From a virus, in the IMG/VR virus record IMGVR_UViG_3300023296_001674: a stretch of DNA of 64,000 bases. The stretch is one strand, 5' to 3'. The notes beneath the pieces are model-generated. The model worked only from the letters and a program-made list of their open reading frames with translations. It had not been told where the DNA came from and did not search any database. A program made the translations under genes and the position numbers. Shown piece after piece: positions 1 to 10,122 of this stretch (positions are counted from its first letter, which is position 1; every line of letters begins with the position of its first letter).

Positions 1-12
1 TCCGTTTTAATG

Positions 13-20
13 TATAAATA
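13..20 (+). promoter_or_regulatory. T4-type late promoter TATAAATA
   Basis: Exact TATAAATA upstream of vWA gene; (G/T)ATAAATA recurs before genes at 2844, 5264, 18240, 18364, 20870, 27456, 42236, 55103 and on minus strand at 2786, 11752. Confidence 0.6.
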
Positions 21-112
21 AAAGTATGGTGTCAATAACGACACTTATAAGTTAGGCAGATAAGCCTTGACATGATGGTCAAGCAGTTAAGTCCTACAAC
101 GGAGAAGAAAAA

Positions 113-949
113 ATGGCTTTACAAATAGAAGACGCTATACCTGCGTCGAAAAAATCTAAAAAAACGAAAAAATCCACCAAATCATTATCAACTATTCGTC
201 TGCATTTCATATTGGATGAATCTGGCAGTATGGATGAATGCCGCCAATCGACTATTGATGGATTTAACGAATATATCAATGGTTTACGGAAAGATACGAA
301 CAAATATTATGTTTCCTTGACTAAGTTTGAGGGTGGCAATATCAAAACTGTATTTGGTGATGTCAATCTTAAAAATGTTCGCAATATAACCAATGACGAT
401 TTTATTCCTGATGGAATGACTAATCTTAACGATGCAATTGGTGAAACAATCACAAAAATGCAAAATTCAAATATAAAAACACCACATAGTACATTGATTG
501 TTATTTTGACTGATGGTAAAGAAAATGATTCGCGCAAATGGACGCGTGATGGTGTGGCAGAGTTGATTAAAATCACTGAAAAAGATGGTTGGACTGTCAC
601 CTTTCTTGGTGCTAATATTGACACTCAGGCAGTGAGTCGTGGATATGCTATTAGTGCGGATAATGCACGATCATATACAACGAAAGGTATGCGTAACACT
701 ATGAGAAATCTCAGTGAAGCAACTGTGATGTATGCAGCCAGTGCATCTAGAGGTATATCTACAATGGATATGTTTAGTGCGGAAAATACTGGTATGTCTG
801 AAGCGGATTGGATGGAAGAAGATGCAGCATCTATAGATAAATTGGCTGCGACTATTGATTCAAATGGACATAATATTGATGGTTCATTGAAACCAGAATT
901 GAAAGATATTATTATTGGTGCAAATCAAGGAGACACTAAAAATGTCTGA
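113..949 (+). CDS. von Willebrand factor A domain protein
   Basis: MIDAS motif FILDESGSM, T-x-L-x-DAIG, ILTDG; GGAG RBS. Confidence 0.85.
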   Translation: MALQIEDAIPASKKSKKTKKSTKSLSTIRLHFILDESGSMDECRQSTIDGFNEYINGLRKDTNKYYVSLTKFEGGNIKTVFGDVNLKNVRNITNDDFIPDGMTNLNDAIGETITKMQNSNIKTPHSTLIVILTDGKENDSRKWTRDGVAELIKITEKDGWTVTFLGANIDTQAVSRGYAISADNARSYTTKGMRNTMRNLSEATVMYAASASRGISTMDMFSAENTGMSEADWMEEDAASIDKLAATIDSNGHNIDGSLKPELKDIIIGANQGDTKNV

Positions 950-1859
950 TTATCAAGTAGAAGTATTGGTTCGTGGTCGTCCTGTAAAAGTTTTTAAACA
1001 TAAAGGCGATCAATTCATAGAAGGTAGAAACGGTTCATCGTTTGAACTTCGCTTAACTAACAACACATGGCACCAAGTTGAAATGGTTGCCAGTGTTGAT
1101 GGGTTAAGTGTTACAGATGGTGAAGAATGTGGTTCTGAATCGATTGGTTATATTGTCCCTCCAAAAGAATCTGTTACGATTCCGGGATGGAAGTTGCCAA
1201 ATAATAAAGCTGCTGAATTTGTATTTGAAGACAAGAGAAATAGTTATTCAAACCAAGTTGGCAAAGGCACGCAAAATGTTGGTGTTATTGGATTTATGGT
1301 ATTTGCTGAAAAACCGCCAGCACCACCGACGCCACCGCCTACTAGAAGCGTTAGAGGTGGCTTTCCAAATCCTTACCAGCCAACTACGCCGTGGAAACCA
1401 TTCCAACCAATGTGGGCGAGTAATCAAACGAAGGGTATGTCTAATAGTGCGGAAACACTTGAACTTAAAGGTGGAACCACGCGTGGCATGCAGGACACAA
1501 CACCATTGGGTGCTACAAATAATGTTATGGATTCGATGCAACATAGCGCTGTTAATATAAGTGCATCATGCTCGCCGTGCGATATAATATTTGAATCTGA
1601 TGAAGAAGGAACTGATAAGTTTGAAATCGGAACAGGTTGGGGTGATGAAATTGATCATAAGGTTGTTGTTATCGAGTTTGAACGAACTGATAAGTATAAT
1701 CCTGACACTATCATTACATTGTTCTATGATTCGAAAAAGGGATTAATTTCGAGGGGGATTGAAATCACAAAGACTAAAAAACGAAAAAATCCTAAACTAC
1801 CTAATGCATTTCCAACATATAATAATACTGGTTGTACGCCTCCACCGGGTTGGAAATAG
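942..1859 (+). CDS. hypothetical protein (vWA-associated, Pro-rich linker)
   Basis: Long ORF, AGGAG RBS before ATG 942 overlapping upstream stop. Confidence 0.7.
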   Translation: MSDYQVEVLVRGRPVKVFKHKGDQFIEGRNGSSFELRLTNNTWHQVEMVASVDGLSVTDGEECGSESIGYIVPPKESVTIPGWKLPNNKAAEFVFEDKRNSYSNQVGKGTQNVGVIGFMVFAEKPPAPPTPPPTRSVRGGFPNPYQPTTPWKPFQPMWASNQTKGMSNSAETLELKGGTTRGMQDTTPLGATNNVMDSMQHSAVNISASCSPCDIIFESDEEGTDKFEIGTGWGDEIDHKVVVIEFERTDKYNPDTIITLFYDSKKGLISRGIEITKTKKRKNPKLPNAFPTYNNTGCTPPPGWK

Positions 1860-1863
1860 TATA

Positions 1864-1897
1864 AAAAAAGAGCACCTAATCGGTGCTCTTTTTCTTT
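1864..1897. terminator. bidirectional intrinsic terminator
   Basis: aaaaagagcacc-taatc-ggtgctcttttt between convergent genes. Confidence 0.75.
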
Positions 1898-2754
1898 TTA
1901 ACATGATTTTTTCTTTGCTCGGGCGTTAATGAAGCCCAATATTTTTTAACACCATCGCCTGATTTTTTTCGTCGTTCTTTTTTTTCTTGATTTGATAGAT
2001 TTTTATAATGATCGGAATATTTTTTTGCTGATTTCTTTTTTCTATTTGTTATTTCTTCTTTTGTTAGCAAATCTAAAGATTTTTGCTGACCTTTTTGTAT
2101 ATTTTTACCAACTTGAATTTTTTCTTTTTTTGTATAAGATGCCCATCTTTTTATATTTTCTTCTGTTCTTTGTGTAGAGTCTATATTATCGCTAATTTTT
2201 TTACCTTGTTCTTTTTTTCCTTCATCGGATAGAGAAACCCACCATTTGATATAACCATTTTTAAATTTTTCGATATGTTGATTGTGTTTTTCTTCGGTTA
2301 GACCATCCCAATATTTTTTATTACCTTTTTGTAGCCTATCGATTATGATTTTTTGTTCTTTATTTGATAATTTACCCCAATATTCATTACATTTTTGTCT
2401 TATTTTTTCATTTCTACTTTCTTTTTGTTCATCCGATAAAAATTTATAAGTATGACCACCTTTGCCACCGGGATTCATGTTATATCCATTTATACCAAAT
2501 GATTCGTGATGATGAATCCAAAATATTTCAAGATCGTTAAGTATATTTACATCGTCGCATTCATCTATGATTTCATATGTAAATTCGACGAACCCGTATT
2601 TTATTAGAGCATGATGAAATGCAAGTTCAGGGAGGTATTCACCAGTTCCGCGACGTTTATGGTATTTATATCTACGATTTTCTGATATAGGATGTATATC
2701 TTTCCCTATATATGATTTATTATTATTGTTATTAGTAAATTTATAAATGAACAT
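1876..2754 (-). CDS. GIY-YIG homing endonuclease
   Basis: MFIYKFTN..KSYIGK, E..WI, GYNM..GG; K-rich repetitive C-terminus; late promoter and GAGG RBS upstream. Confidence 0.85.
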   Translation of the reverse strand: MFIYKFTNNNNNKSYIGKDIHPISENRRYKYHKRRGTGEYLPELAFHHALIKYGFVEFTYEIIDECDDVNILNDLEIFWIHHHESFGINGYNMNPGGKGGHTYKFLSDEQKESRNEKIRQKCNEYWGKLSNKEQKIIIDRLQKGNKKYWDGLTEEKHNQHIEKFKNGYIKWWVSLSDEGKKEQGKKISDNIDSTQRTEENIKRWASYTKKEKIQVGKNIQKGQQKSLDLLTKEEITNRKKKSAKKYSDHYKNLSNQEKKERRKKSGDGVKKYWASLTPEQRKNHVKKKKSTD

Positions 2755-2878
2755 TTTAATATACCTCTTATTTCTATTCCTGCTGTATTTATCAAAAGGG
2801 GTGAAATATGGTGGTATTAGAAACAGTGCATTAATCATATTGTGATAAATATTAATATATGTTATAAGAAGGAATGTC

Positions 2879-3451
2879 ATGAAAATATATGAGTTATTTG
2901 AGACTAGTCAAAATACCGGATTTAAACTTTTCGTTGACCTTGATGGAGTCTTGGTCGACTTCGAAAAAGGTGTTTCTGCGTTTATGGCGGATGACATGTC
3001 GGATAAGGGTTATAAAAATTTACCGGTTATCCAAGGATATGCTATGGGCAATAATAAACAGAGTCGCGCATTCTGGAAGAAAGTTGAGATGATCGAAGAA
3101 TCGGATGCTATTGCATTATGGACAAATTTAGGATGGATGTCAGATGGTAAAAAACTTTGGGGTTATATCAATGGTTACAATCCAGTAATATTGAGTTCAC
3201 CGGGAACATCATCGAGACATATTATTGAAGCTGGTAAAAAAATATGGATTGATAGACATTTATCACCCAAGCCATCATATATATTTGAACCTGATAAGTT
3301 TAAGCACGCAAAAGGTAAACCCGGTATACAGCATATACTTATTGATGACAGTAAGAAGAAATTAGACCCATGGGAAGCTGCGGGTGGCATTGGTATATTT
3401 CATACATCTGCCTCTGATACTATAAAACAACTAAAAAATTGGGGTTTTTAA
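2879..3451 (+). CDS. HAD-family 5'(3')-deoxyribonucleotidase with MKIYELFE leader
   Basis: DLDGVLVDF, ILSS, LIDD..W.AAGGIGI motifs. Confidence 0.8.
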   Translation: MKIYELFETSQNTGFKLFVDLDGVLVDFEKGVSAFMADDMSDKGYKNLPVIQGYAMGNNKQSRAFWKKVEMIEESDAIALWTNLGWMSDGKKLWGYINGYNPVILSSPGTSSRHIIEAGKKIWIDRHLSPKPSYIFEPDKFKHAKGKPGIQHILIDDSKKKLDPWEAAGGIGIFHTSASDTIKQLKNWGF

Positions 3452-3452
3452 T

Positions 3453-4502
3453 ATGAGAGCATGGGAATTATATGAAAATCAAATAATAAATGAATTAAAT
3501 GTTGAATATCGCGGTGATACAGTCAATGATGAATCTTTTGATATTATTGTTCATCGTGGTAAAATATGGATGTATGATTCAAGTGATGATAATAATAATG
3601 AAGCACTTAAAAAGAGTATTATTGATAATTTAAAAATAAACATTGAAAGGCCAGAAGATTTAGACATTGAAGATTTGATGGCGCATGTTATGGAAGATCG
3701 ACCTGATATTATACATGGTCAAATTGTTGATGGTGATGATTTGTATTTAAGTAATCATGCCACTATCTCAAAAAGCCCACGTTCATCAAAAGCAATAAAA
3801 GATATAGTAAAACATTTCGATTTAAGCCGTGTTATGAAATCTGATACCACTGGAGAAAAAGAGGATGTTATACATCGCAGTGAAATGCAAGGAAAAGTGC
3901 CTGATATAGCATTTCACGGAACAAGTTCTGATAATATACGAAATATACTCAATAAAGGAATTATGCCTGTTGAACATGGTAATTTTGAAGATATAAAATT
4001 TCCCGATTTGGTTTTTGTTGCAACTGATCGAAATTTTGTTGATTATCATGCAACCAGTCAAGCGAAAGCAAAAGAGGCCACGCCAATTGTATTGAAATTA
4101 AAAATACCAGATAAAAATAAACTTGTATTAGATTTTGATGTAGCAGTGAGAATGTACGGAAGTGAGCATCCTGAATTAATTGATGCGGGTTATGATAATA
4201 TAGATAGTTCAGTATTTAATAACGAAGAAATGGCGAAGCATATACAGGCGGTTAATAAGGGAACAGATTTAAATACCGAGGTTGGTGTTTTTGGATATAA
4301 AGGACGTATTCCAGCAAATCATATATTAGAAATATATATAGCAGCCGATGCTGATTGGACAGTTGCACCAGATAGCGTAGAATGGATGGAAATGGATGAC
4401 AAATCGGAGTTGTGGAAAGCTCTTGATATGATAGATGCAATCGGATATTATGATCAACATGAACAAATCGAATGGGAAGATGATGAGGATGAAAACTTAT
4501 GA
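3453..4502 (+). CDS. MRAWELYE-tagged protein with ADP-ribosyltransferase/Tpt1-like C-terminal domain
   Basis: FHGTS..NI..IL.KGI.P, VFVA, VLKLKIP, GRIP..HI pattern. Confidence 0.6.
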   Translation: MRAWELYENQIINELNVEYRGDTVNDESFDIIVHRGKIWMYDSSDDNNNEALKKSIIDNLKINIERPEDLDIEDLMAHVMEDRPDIIHGQIVDGDDLYLSNHATISKSPRSSKAIKDIVKHFDLSRVMKSDTTGEKEDVIHRSEMQGKVPDIAFHGTSSDNIRNILNKGIMPVEHGNFEDIKFPDLVFVATDRNFVDYHATSQAKAKEATPIVLKLKIPDKNKLVLDFDVAVRMYGSEHPELIDAGYDNIDSSVFNNEEMAKHIQAVNKGTDLNTEVGVFGYKGRIPANHILEIYIAADADWTVAPDSVEWMEMDDKSELWKALDMIDAIGYYDQHEQIEWEDDEDENL

Positions 4503-4831
4503 GAGCATGGGAATTATATGAAGGTAAAAAACATGTTGGATATAAAGTTATGCGATATGAAAACGGCAATTTAATTGCTGGTGCGGACTCGCGTCAAATA
4601 TTTCCATCAAAAATAGGGTCTTCTATTCAAATGAAGGGTAATGGTATATATCTTGGAACCAATAAACAATATGTATTGGATTATTATTCTGGATTGGCGG
4701 ACGATGAACGATTGTTGACATTTGAATTTGATGAAGATGATATAACTACTGGAAACCTAACCGACCAACAGGTTGAAGTTAGTGTTTCTAATGCTATATT
4801 AAAGAATATAGAAGAGTTTGACCAACAGTAA
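4499..4831 (+). CDS. MRAWELYE-tagged hypothetical protein
   Basis: ORF with shared leader; stop is in frame with next ORF. Confidence 0.7.
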   Translation: MRAWELYEGKKHVGYKVMRYENGNLIAGADSRQIFPSKIGSSIQMKGNGIYLGTNKQYVLDYYSGLADDERLLTFEFDEDDITTGNLTDQQVEVSVSNAILKNIEEFDQQ

Positions 4832-5272
4832 TTGAGTGAATATAAAATGCACGACACTGACCAAGGCAAGGTGTTTCAAAATCCAACTTCATCGGGCATT
4901 GCTGGATTGTTGAATACGCATGGTATACTTAGGGGTATATTTTCAAATAACACATCTTGGGTCTGGAATGCATACAACTCGACGCATGATTATATGGGTG
5001 ATGAGCTAACTAATAGTGGATTTGATATAGCGCGGTTTGAAAATGATAGATTTGATTTTGTGATATCAAATAAGCCACAAGTTGACAATTTGGAAGAATG
5101 GGATAATATGCGTGAAGTGTCGGATGGTGTATGGTCACAAGTATATGGGGAAGATTTAAACGACGCGATGAAGAAAAAGCGTTTTTCTAAAATGTTTCCA
5201 AAACCAGTCGACGAAAATGAAAAAGTCGACCTTCCTGATATTGAAGTCGGTGATGAATTAAAAGATAAATAG
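4832..5272 (+). CDS. hypothetical protein (possibly 3' half of 4499 gene)
   Basis: Same frame directly after TAA; no clear RBS. Confidence 0.5.
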   Translation: MSEYKMHDTDQGKVFQNPTSSGIAGLLNTHGILRGIFSNNTSWVWNAYNSTHDYMGDELTNSGFDIARFENDRFDFVISNKPQVDNLEEWDNMREVSDGVWSQVYGEDLNDAMKKKRFSKMFPKPVDENEKVDLPDIEVGDELKDK

Positions 5273-5290
5273 TATTGGAGGTATGATGCT

Positions 5291-6112
5291 ATGAGATATT
5301 TAATATATGCACTTTTGAACCCAACAACTGACATGCCATTTTATATTGGATGGACTGACACTAAACAAAAAGGTATTAAACGACCATTTGAGCACTTTAA
5401 TGAAGAACGACGTCAGGGTGAAAAAATAACATCGGGAAATAGATTGAAGCTGAATACTATACGCAAAATGCGTAAAAATGACATAGAGCCGAGTGTTGAA
5501 GAGATATATTACACCGATGATTTTGATCATTCTTTAGATATAGAAAAAATGTTTATATCACATTGGGGCAGACGGGATAAAAACGAAGGAATATTAACCA
5601 ATCTAACCGATGGTGGGCAAGGAACGGTGGGTGTAAAAGATTCGTTGGAAACACGGCGAAAAAAATCTATCGGTAGAATAGGAAAAAAGCATACTGAATA
5701 CTCCAAGCAGTTAATCAAAGAAAAAAGAAAACTTCAATCGCCGACAATATATTCGGATGAAACTAGAAAACAAATGAGCAAGAATGCTTGGATGCGCAAT
5801 AATAAAGGAAAAACATATGAAGAGATGTATGGCATAAATAAAGCAAACGAAAAGAAAAAAAATCAATCTGATTATCTTCGTTTATATAGAGCGAATGAAG
5901 AAAATGAAGAAAAGCGTAAACTTGCTCATAGGTTGACATGGATTAAAAAAATGAAAAATGTTTATATTGATATATTTAGGTTATTAGACGATGGTATTAA
6001 ACAGTATATTATTGTTGATATGTTAAATGTAAGCGTTGATACTGTTCGTAAGGCGAGATTGAATCGCGCTGATATTGAGCATGATATTAATATTATAACA
6101 ATCGAGGGTTAA
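5291..6112 (+). CDS. GIY-YIG homing endonuclease with NUMOD3-like repeats
   Basis: YLIYAL..PFYIG, GILTNLTDGGQG, HTEYSKQLI; GATAAATA and GGAGG upstream. Confidence 0.85.
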   Translation: MRYLIYALLNPTTDMPFYIGWTDTKQKGIKRPFEHFNEERRQGEKITSGNRLKLNTIRKMRKNDIEPSVEEIYYTDDFDHSLDIEKMFISHWGRRDKNEGILTNLTDGGQGTVGVKDSLETRRKKSIGRIGKKHTEYSKQLIKEKRKLQSPTIYSDETRKQMSKNAWMRNNKGKTYEEMYGINKANEKKKNQSDYLRLYRANEENEEKRKLAHRLTWIKKMKNVYIDIFRLLDDGIKQYIIVDMLNVSVDTVRKARLNRADIEHDINIITIEG

Positions 6113-6118
6113 ATAACT

Positions 6119-6829
6119 ATGCGTGCATGGGAAATATTAGAGAATGATGATGTATTAAATTTAAATCCGATAAAAACTGGTGATACCGTTTATGTTGGAA
6201 AATTTAAAAATCGCAAAGCTGAAGTAAAGGGGTTTGAAACGGATGATCATGGTCAGCCCGTACTCAATACAACCAAAGGAAAGCATAAATTATTTAAACC
6301 AAGAATTGATAAACTTAAACCTAAAAACTTGGACGAAGGTAGCCACGAAGACGACGCTGAAGCCTATGCCGCACAACATGGATTAGAGATCGCTGGATGG
6401 GAAGGAAGTGGTGATATGGGTGAGGCTTATGTCACTAATAAGAATACCATTATTAAAGTAACTACTGACAAAACTGAAATGGCAATGGCAGCAAAGTTGG
6501 TTGGTCAAACATTGTCCAATGTTGCTGATGTATACGATGTTCAAGACCATATTATACATATGGAATACTTGGACACCACGGGCGTAGATGATGTATATGG
6601 TGAAGTATCACAATATGATAACGGTGATGGCGTAGAATACATCGATGCCGATGAACATGAAGGTATAAGCGAAGAAGCCATAAAAATGATACAAGACCTT
6701 AGTTATGGAATACATGAACTTGGTAGGAATGGCATTCAAAATCTTGATATCAAGGATGATAATATCGGCAAGAAACCAAATGGTGATTATGCGATGTTTG
6801 ATATGTCGGATGCTAAAAGAGGTGCATGA
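6119..6829 (+). CDS. MRAWEILE-tagged protein kinase-like protein
   Basis: GSGDMGEAY, IIKVT, MEYL, DIKDDNI, FD motifs after a small N-terminal GKFKN domain. Confidence 0.65.
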   Translation: MRAWEILENDDVLNLNPIKTGDTVYVGKFKNRKAEVKGFETDDHGQPVLNTTKGKHKLFKPRIDKLKPKNLDEGSHEDDAEAYAAQHGLEIAGWEGSGDMGEAYVTNKNTIIKVTTDKTEMAMAAKLVGQTLSNVADVYDVQDHIIHMEYLDTTGVDDVYGEVSQYDNGDGVEYIDADEHEGISEEAIKMIQDLSYGIHELGRNGIQNLDIKDDNIGKKPNGDYAMFDMSDAKRGA

Positions 6830-6831
6830 TA

Positions 6832-7752
6832 ATGAGAGCATGGGAACTTTTTGAAAATGAAATAAACGTGAAAGTTAAAGATGCGTCAGATACATTTGGT
6901 AGAGATGGTGCAGAGCAAGTGTTTTATACTGATACTGCGACAAAATCGCGTATAATAATCGCACGTAATCATAGACCTGATGGTTATGCATCAGTTGTGG
7001 AATTATTAGTTCCAGAAGAATTTAGAGGGACGGGCATTGGTAAAAAATTATTAGATAGAGCGATGCAAGATAATCCAAAGATTATGGGTCAAGTGTCATC
7101 AAAAGCGGCGGCAGTTAATGCTTATAAGGCTGGACGTCGACCATATGAGCAACCAGACGCATCATTAGATGATGTATTTAAATCGATAGATCAAGATTCG
7201 TCGGTTAATCTAATGACTAATGAATCCGCCGCACATTATAATGATTATTTTGATGCTAACGCATTAAAAGACCCATCAAAGACAAAATATGGCTCGAATG
7301 AAAAACTTATTACGATGACGCCTGATGAATTTTTAAGTATGGCTGAACATATACCGGCTGGTGCTTCTACTGATAAAGCAGAAAAAGTTAAGGGGTTGAT
7401 AGATTCTGGTACGAAATTTGATTCTGTGCCACATATAGGCTTTACACATGATGGTAACGGTGTAGCCACCGCAGTAGGACACGAAGGTCGTCATAGAGTG
7501 ATGGCACTTAAATCTTTAGGAATAAATGAAATACCAGTATTGTTAACATCTATAGGTGGCGGAGGTGGCAAAATACGATGGGATCAACAATCAGAAAAGA
7601 CTCGCGATACAATAGAAGGTGTTTGGCCTACGGTACTTAAAGGCGAAAGTGGTGGTTCTATAAACTTTCCAATACCAGATATGAGACAGGCGAATGAATC
7701 ATTGACAGTTTTGTCGCCACATGATAAATTAACGAACAATAGATACAGTTAA
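6832..7752 (+). CDS. MRAWELFE-tagged GNAT acetyltransferase / ParB-like fusion
   Basis: VPEEFRGTGIGKKLL (GNAT motif A); HEGRHRVMAL (ParB/Srx-like). Confidence 0.65.
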   Translation: MRAWELFENEINVKVKDASDTFGRDGAEQVFYTDTATKSRIIIARNHRPDGYASVVELLVPEEFRGTGIGKKLLDRAMQDNPKIMGQVSSKAAAVNAYKAGRRPYEQPDASLDDVFKSIDQDSSVNLMTNESAAHYNDYFDANALKDPSKTKYGSNEKLITMTPDEFLSMAEHIPAGASTDKAEKVKGLIDSGTKFDSVPHIGFTHDGNGVATAVGHEGRHRVMALKSLGINEIPVLLTSIGGGGGKIRWDQQSEKTRDTIEGVWPTVLKGESGGSINFPIPDMRQANESLTVLSPHDKLTNNRYS

Positions 7753-7763
7753 AGGATAGTGAT

Positions 7764-9026
7764 ATGAGAGCATGGGAATTATATGAAAATGCAGGCGGCG
7801 ATGCATTGCCATCAGAACAGATGGATTTGTTTCAGTCGTTGCTGACTAAACCCGTAACGGATATTGGCGCGTTGTATAAGAATGCAGGGCATGATTTCCG
7901 TTTTGTTGGTGGTAGCGTTCGTGATTTATTTTTAGGTAAAACACCAAAAGATAAAGATTTTTCCACGACTGCTACACCACAAGAAAGTAGCAAGTTGCTG
8001 CGCGATGCAGGATACACCACTATCGAAAACGAAAATCAATTGGCGCATGGAACTATCATTGTTAAAATCAAAGGCGAAGATGATTTTGAAATCACCACTT
8101 TGCGTGCTGATGAAGAAACTGATGGTCGTCATGCGACTGTAAAGTTTGTAACTGATTGGAAAACCGATGCAGCAAGACGTGATTTGTCTTATAATGCAAT
8201 GAGTCTGGATTTGGAAGGCAATCTTTATGATTATTTTCATGGTGTAGATGATTTGAAAAAAGGAACATCTAATTTTGTTGGCGATTCTGATCAAGATTCT
8301 GAGCAACGCGCTACGCGCCGTATTGAAGAAGACTATCTTCGTACACTGCGCTATTTTAGATTCCAAGGTAGATTGCCAAAACCGCAGTTTGATGAAGGTA
8401 TTTTAAAAGCAATTAAGAACACTGCGTATGGTTTGAACCAATTGTCTGGTGAGCGCGTTTGGGATGAAATGCAAAAAATCTTAAGTGGTGATCATACTCG
8501 TAAAATCTTGGATATGATGCATAAAACAACGGTTGATGAGAATATCGGTTTGCCTCTTAGATATATTGATAATATTGATGTTGTAAAAAAGCATACCAAT
8601 AACTCTGCCACAATTTTGGCATCATTGATTAAGGATGAAGATCAGTTGAGAGAAATCGCTTCTACTGATGGATGGGCACTGTCTAATACTGCTGAAAACA
8701 TCATCTTGTTTATTATCAATCATCGTAAAAATGATATGTCTTATACAGATGTGAAAAATATGTGGTTCAATCCAAAAGTTGATAATATGTATATCAGCGA
8801 GTTGATGAAATATATGGGAAAAGATGGAATACTTAATAAATTACATCAAGAGAAGGTTGAAAAGTTTCCAGTTGCGGGTAAAGATTTAATTGCAGCAGGA
8901 TTGACACCAGGTCCACAAATGGGCGCATTGTTAAATGATCTTAATAAAGAATGGGTAAAATCTGGACACACTAAAACTTGGACTGATGATGAAATATTGG
9001 ATATTGTGAGGAAGGCACAAAAATGA
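7764..9026 (+). CDS. cca: CCA-adding tRNA nucleotidyltransferase (class II), MRAWELYE-tagged
   Basis: VGGSVRD..PKDKDF, EITTLR, DAARRDLSYNAM, EDYLRTLRYFRF, SGERVWDE. Confidence 0.92.
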   Translation: MRAWELYENAGGDALPSEQMDLFQSLLTKPVTDIGALYKNAGHDFRFVGGSVRDLFLGKTPKDKDFSTTATPQESSKLLRDAGYTTIENENQLAHGTIIVKIKGEDDFEITTLRADEETDGRHATVKFVTDWKTDAARRDLSYNAMSLDLEGNLYDYFHGVDDLKKGTSNFVGDSDQDSEQRATRRIEEDYLRTLRYFRFQGRLPKPQFDEGILKAIKNTAYGLNQLSGERVWDEMQKILSGDHTRKILDMMHKTTVDENIGLPLRYIDNIDVVKKHTNNSATILASLIKDEDQLREIASTDGWALSNTAENIILFIINHRKNDMSYTDVKNMWFNPKVDNMYISELMKYMGKDGILNKLHQEKVEKFPVAGKDLIAAGLTPGPQMGALLNDLNKEWVKSGHTKTWTDDEILDIVRKAQK

Positions 9027-10105
9027 GAGCATGGGAATTATATGAAAATAGTGATTACGATGGTGGTGGATGGTTAAATGTGAAATCTAAAACATTTATC
9101 CCCACCAAAGGGTGTTATCACGTTCTTGCTATATTTCATAACATGGAAAAATTTGGGTTAACTCCAGAAAAAATGAAATCTATTCCAGCCTTTTCCAAAT
9201 GGTTTGAATTGGACTGGGCAAATATAACTGGTAACAACGATCCAGAAGATTTGAAGTCGTGGTGGATGGATTTAGACCCACATGGCAAGATTCCAACTTT
9301 AAGTGGAAATGGGGTAGAACATAATGCGGATGGTAATGAATATTTACTCGACGGTGATATGGAAATTATTGAATGGATGAATAATCAAGGATGGGTTAGA
9401 ACAATACGCCATAAAGATATGGGTAAAATGGAAACATCTATTCAAGGTAAAGATTTGAAACAAATTCAACGTGCGGCAAATTTTTTTGATAAAGAATATG
9501 GAATTGAAACATTATATTATGATACTAATAATTTAAGAGACGGAAAAGAATTAAATGGATATGAATTAAACCATTTTTTGAAATATGGAAATATTAATTT
9601 TAGAAAAATGGATGAAGGTGATATAGTATTATCAAATGCTGAAAAGCAATGGATTAATCCATCTTCCAAAAATTTGGTGGTTGTTTCATCGACTATGCAT
9701 CACACACAAATGGCACATGCATCACCTGAAAAGTTCGGACTTTCTGGAAATCTATTTAAAGATTATGAATATCCAATAGACGACAATGGAAAACCGGCGC
9801 AATTCGATGTTAATGTAGCAACAAAAATGTTTGATGCTGGTTGGGTAAGAACAAGAACATCTGCCGCTGGGTTTGGTATGGGGGCAGATGTTCATTGCAT
9901 TGAATTAAACGTCGCCGCTATGGCATTGCGCATGCTTAAAGAAAAATTCAATCATTTATCTGTAGCCACCATAGAGTTAGGATATGACACCACTCCTACA
10001 AATACAACACATGAACTTAGAAACGATGAAAATGGTCGTGGGCCACTTAAGACATTTATGAAAACTGGTAAAATCGTAAAGCCGTCTAGGATGAATAATT
10101 TTTAA
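9023..10105 (+). CDS. MRAWELYE-tagged hypothetical protein with two GWVR repeats
   Basis: W.N..S/K...H...P/EKFGL...GWVR occurs twice. Confidence 0.7.
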   Translation: MRAWELYENSDYDGGGWLNVKSKTFIPTKGCYHVLAIFHNMEKFGLTPEKMKSIPAFSKWFELDWANITGNNDPEDLKSWWMDLDPHGKIPTLSGNGVEHNADGNEYLLDGDMEIIEWMNNQGWVRTIRHKDMGKMETSIQGKDLKQIQRAANFFDKEYGIETLYYDTNNLRDGKELNGYELNHFLKYGNINFRKMDEGDIVLSNAEKQWINPSSKNLVVVSSTMHHTQMAHASPEKFGLSGNLFKDYEYPIDDNGKPAQFDVNVATKMFDAGWVRTRTSAAGFGMGADVHCIELNVAAMALRMLKEKFNHLSVATIELGYDTTPTNTTHELRNDENGRGPLKTFMKTGKIVKPSRMNNF

Positions 10106-10122
10106 AATAAAAGGATAATAAT

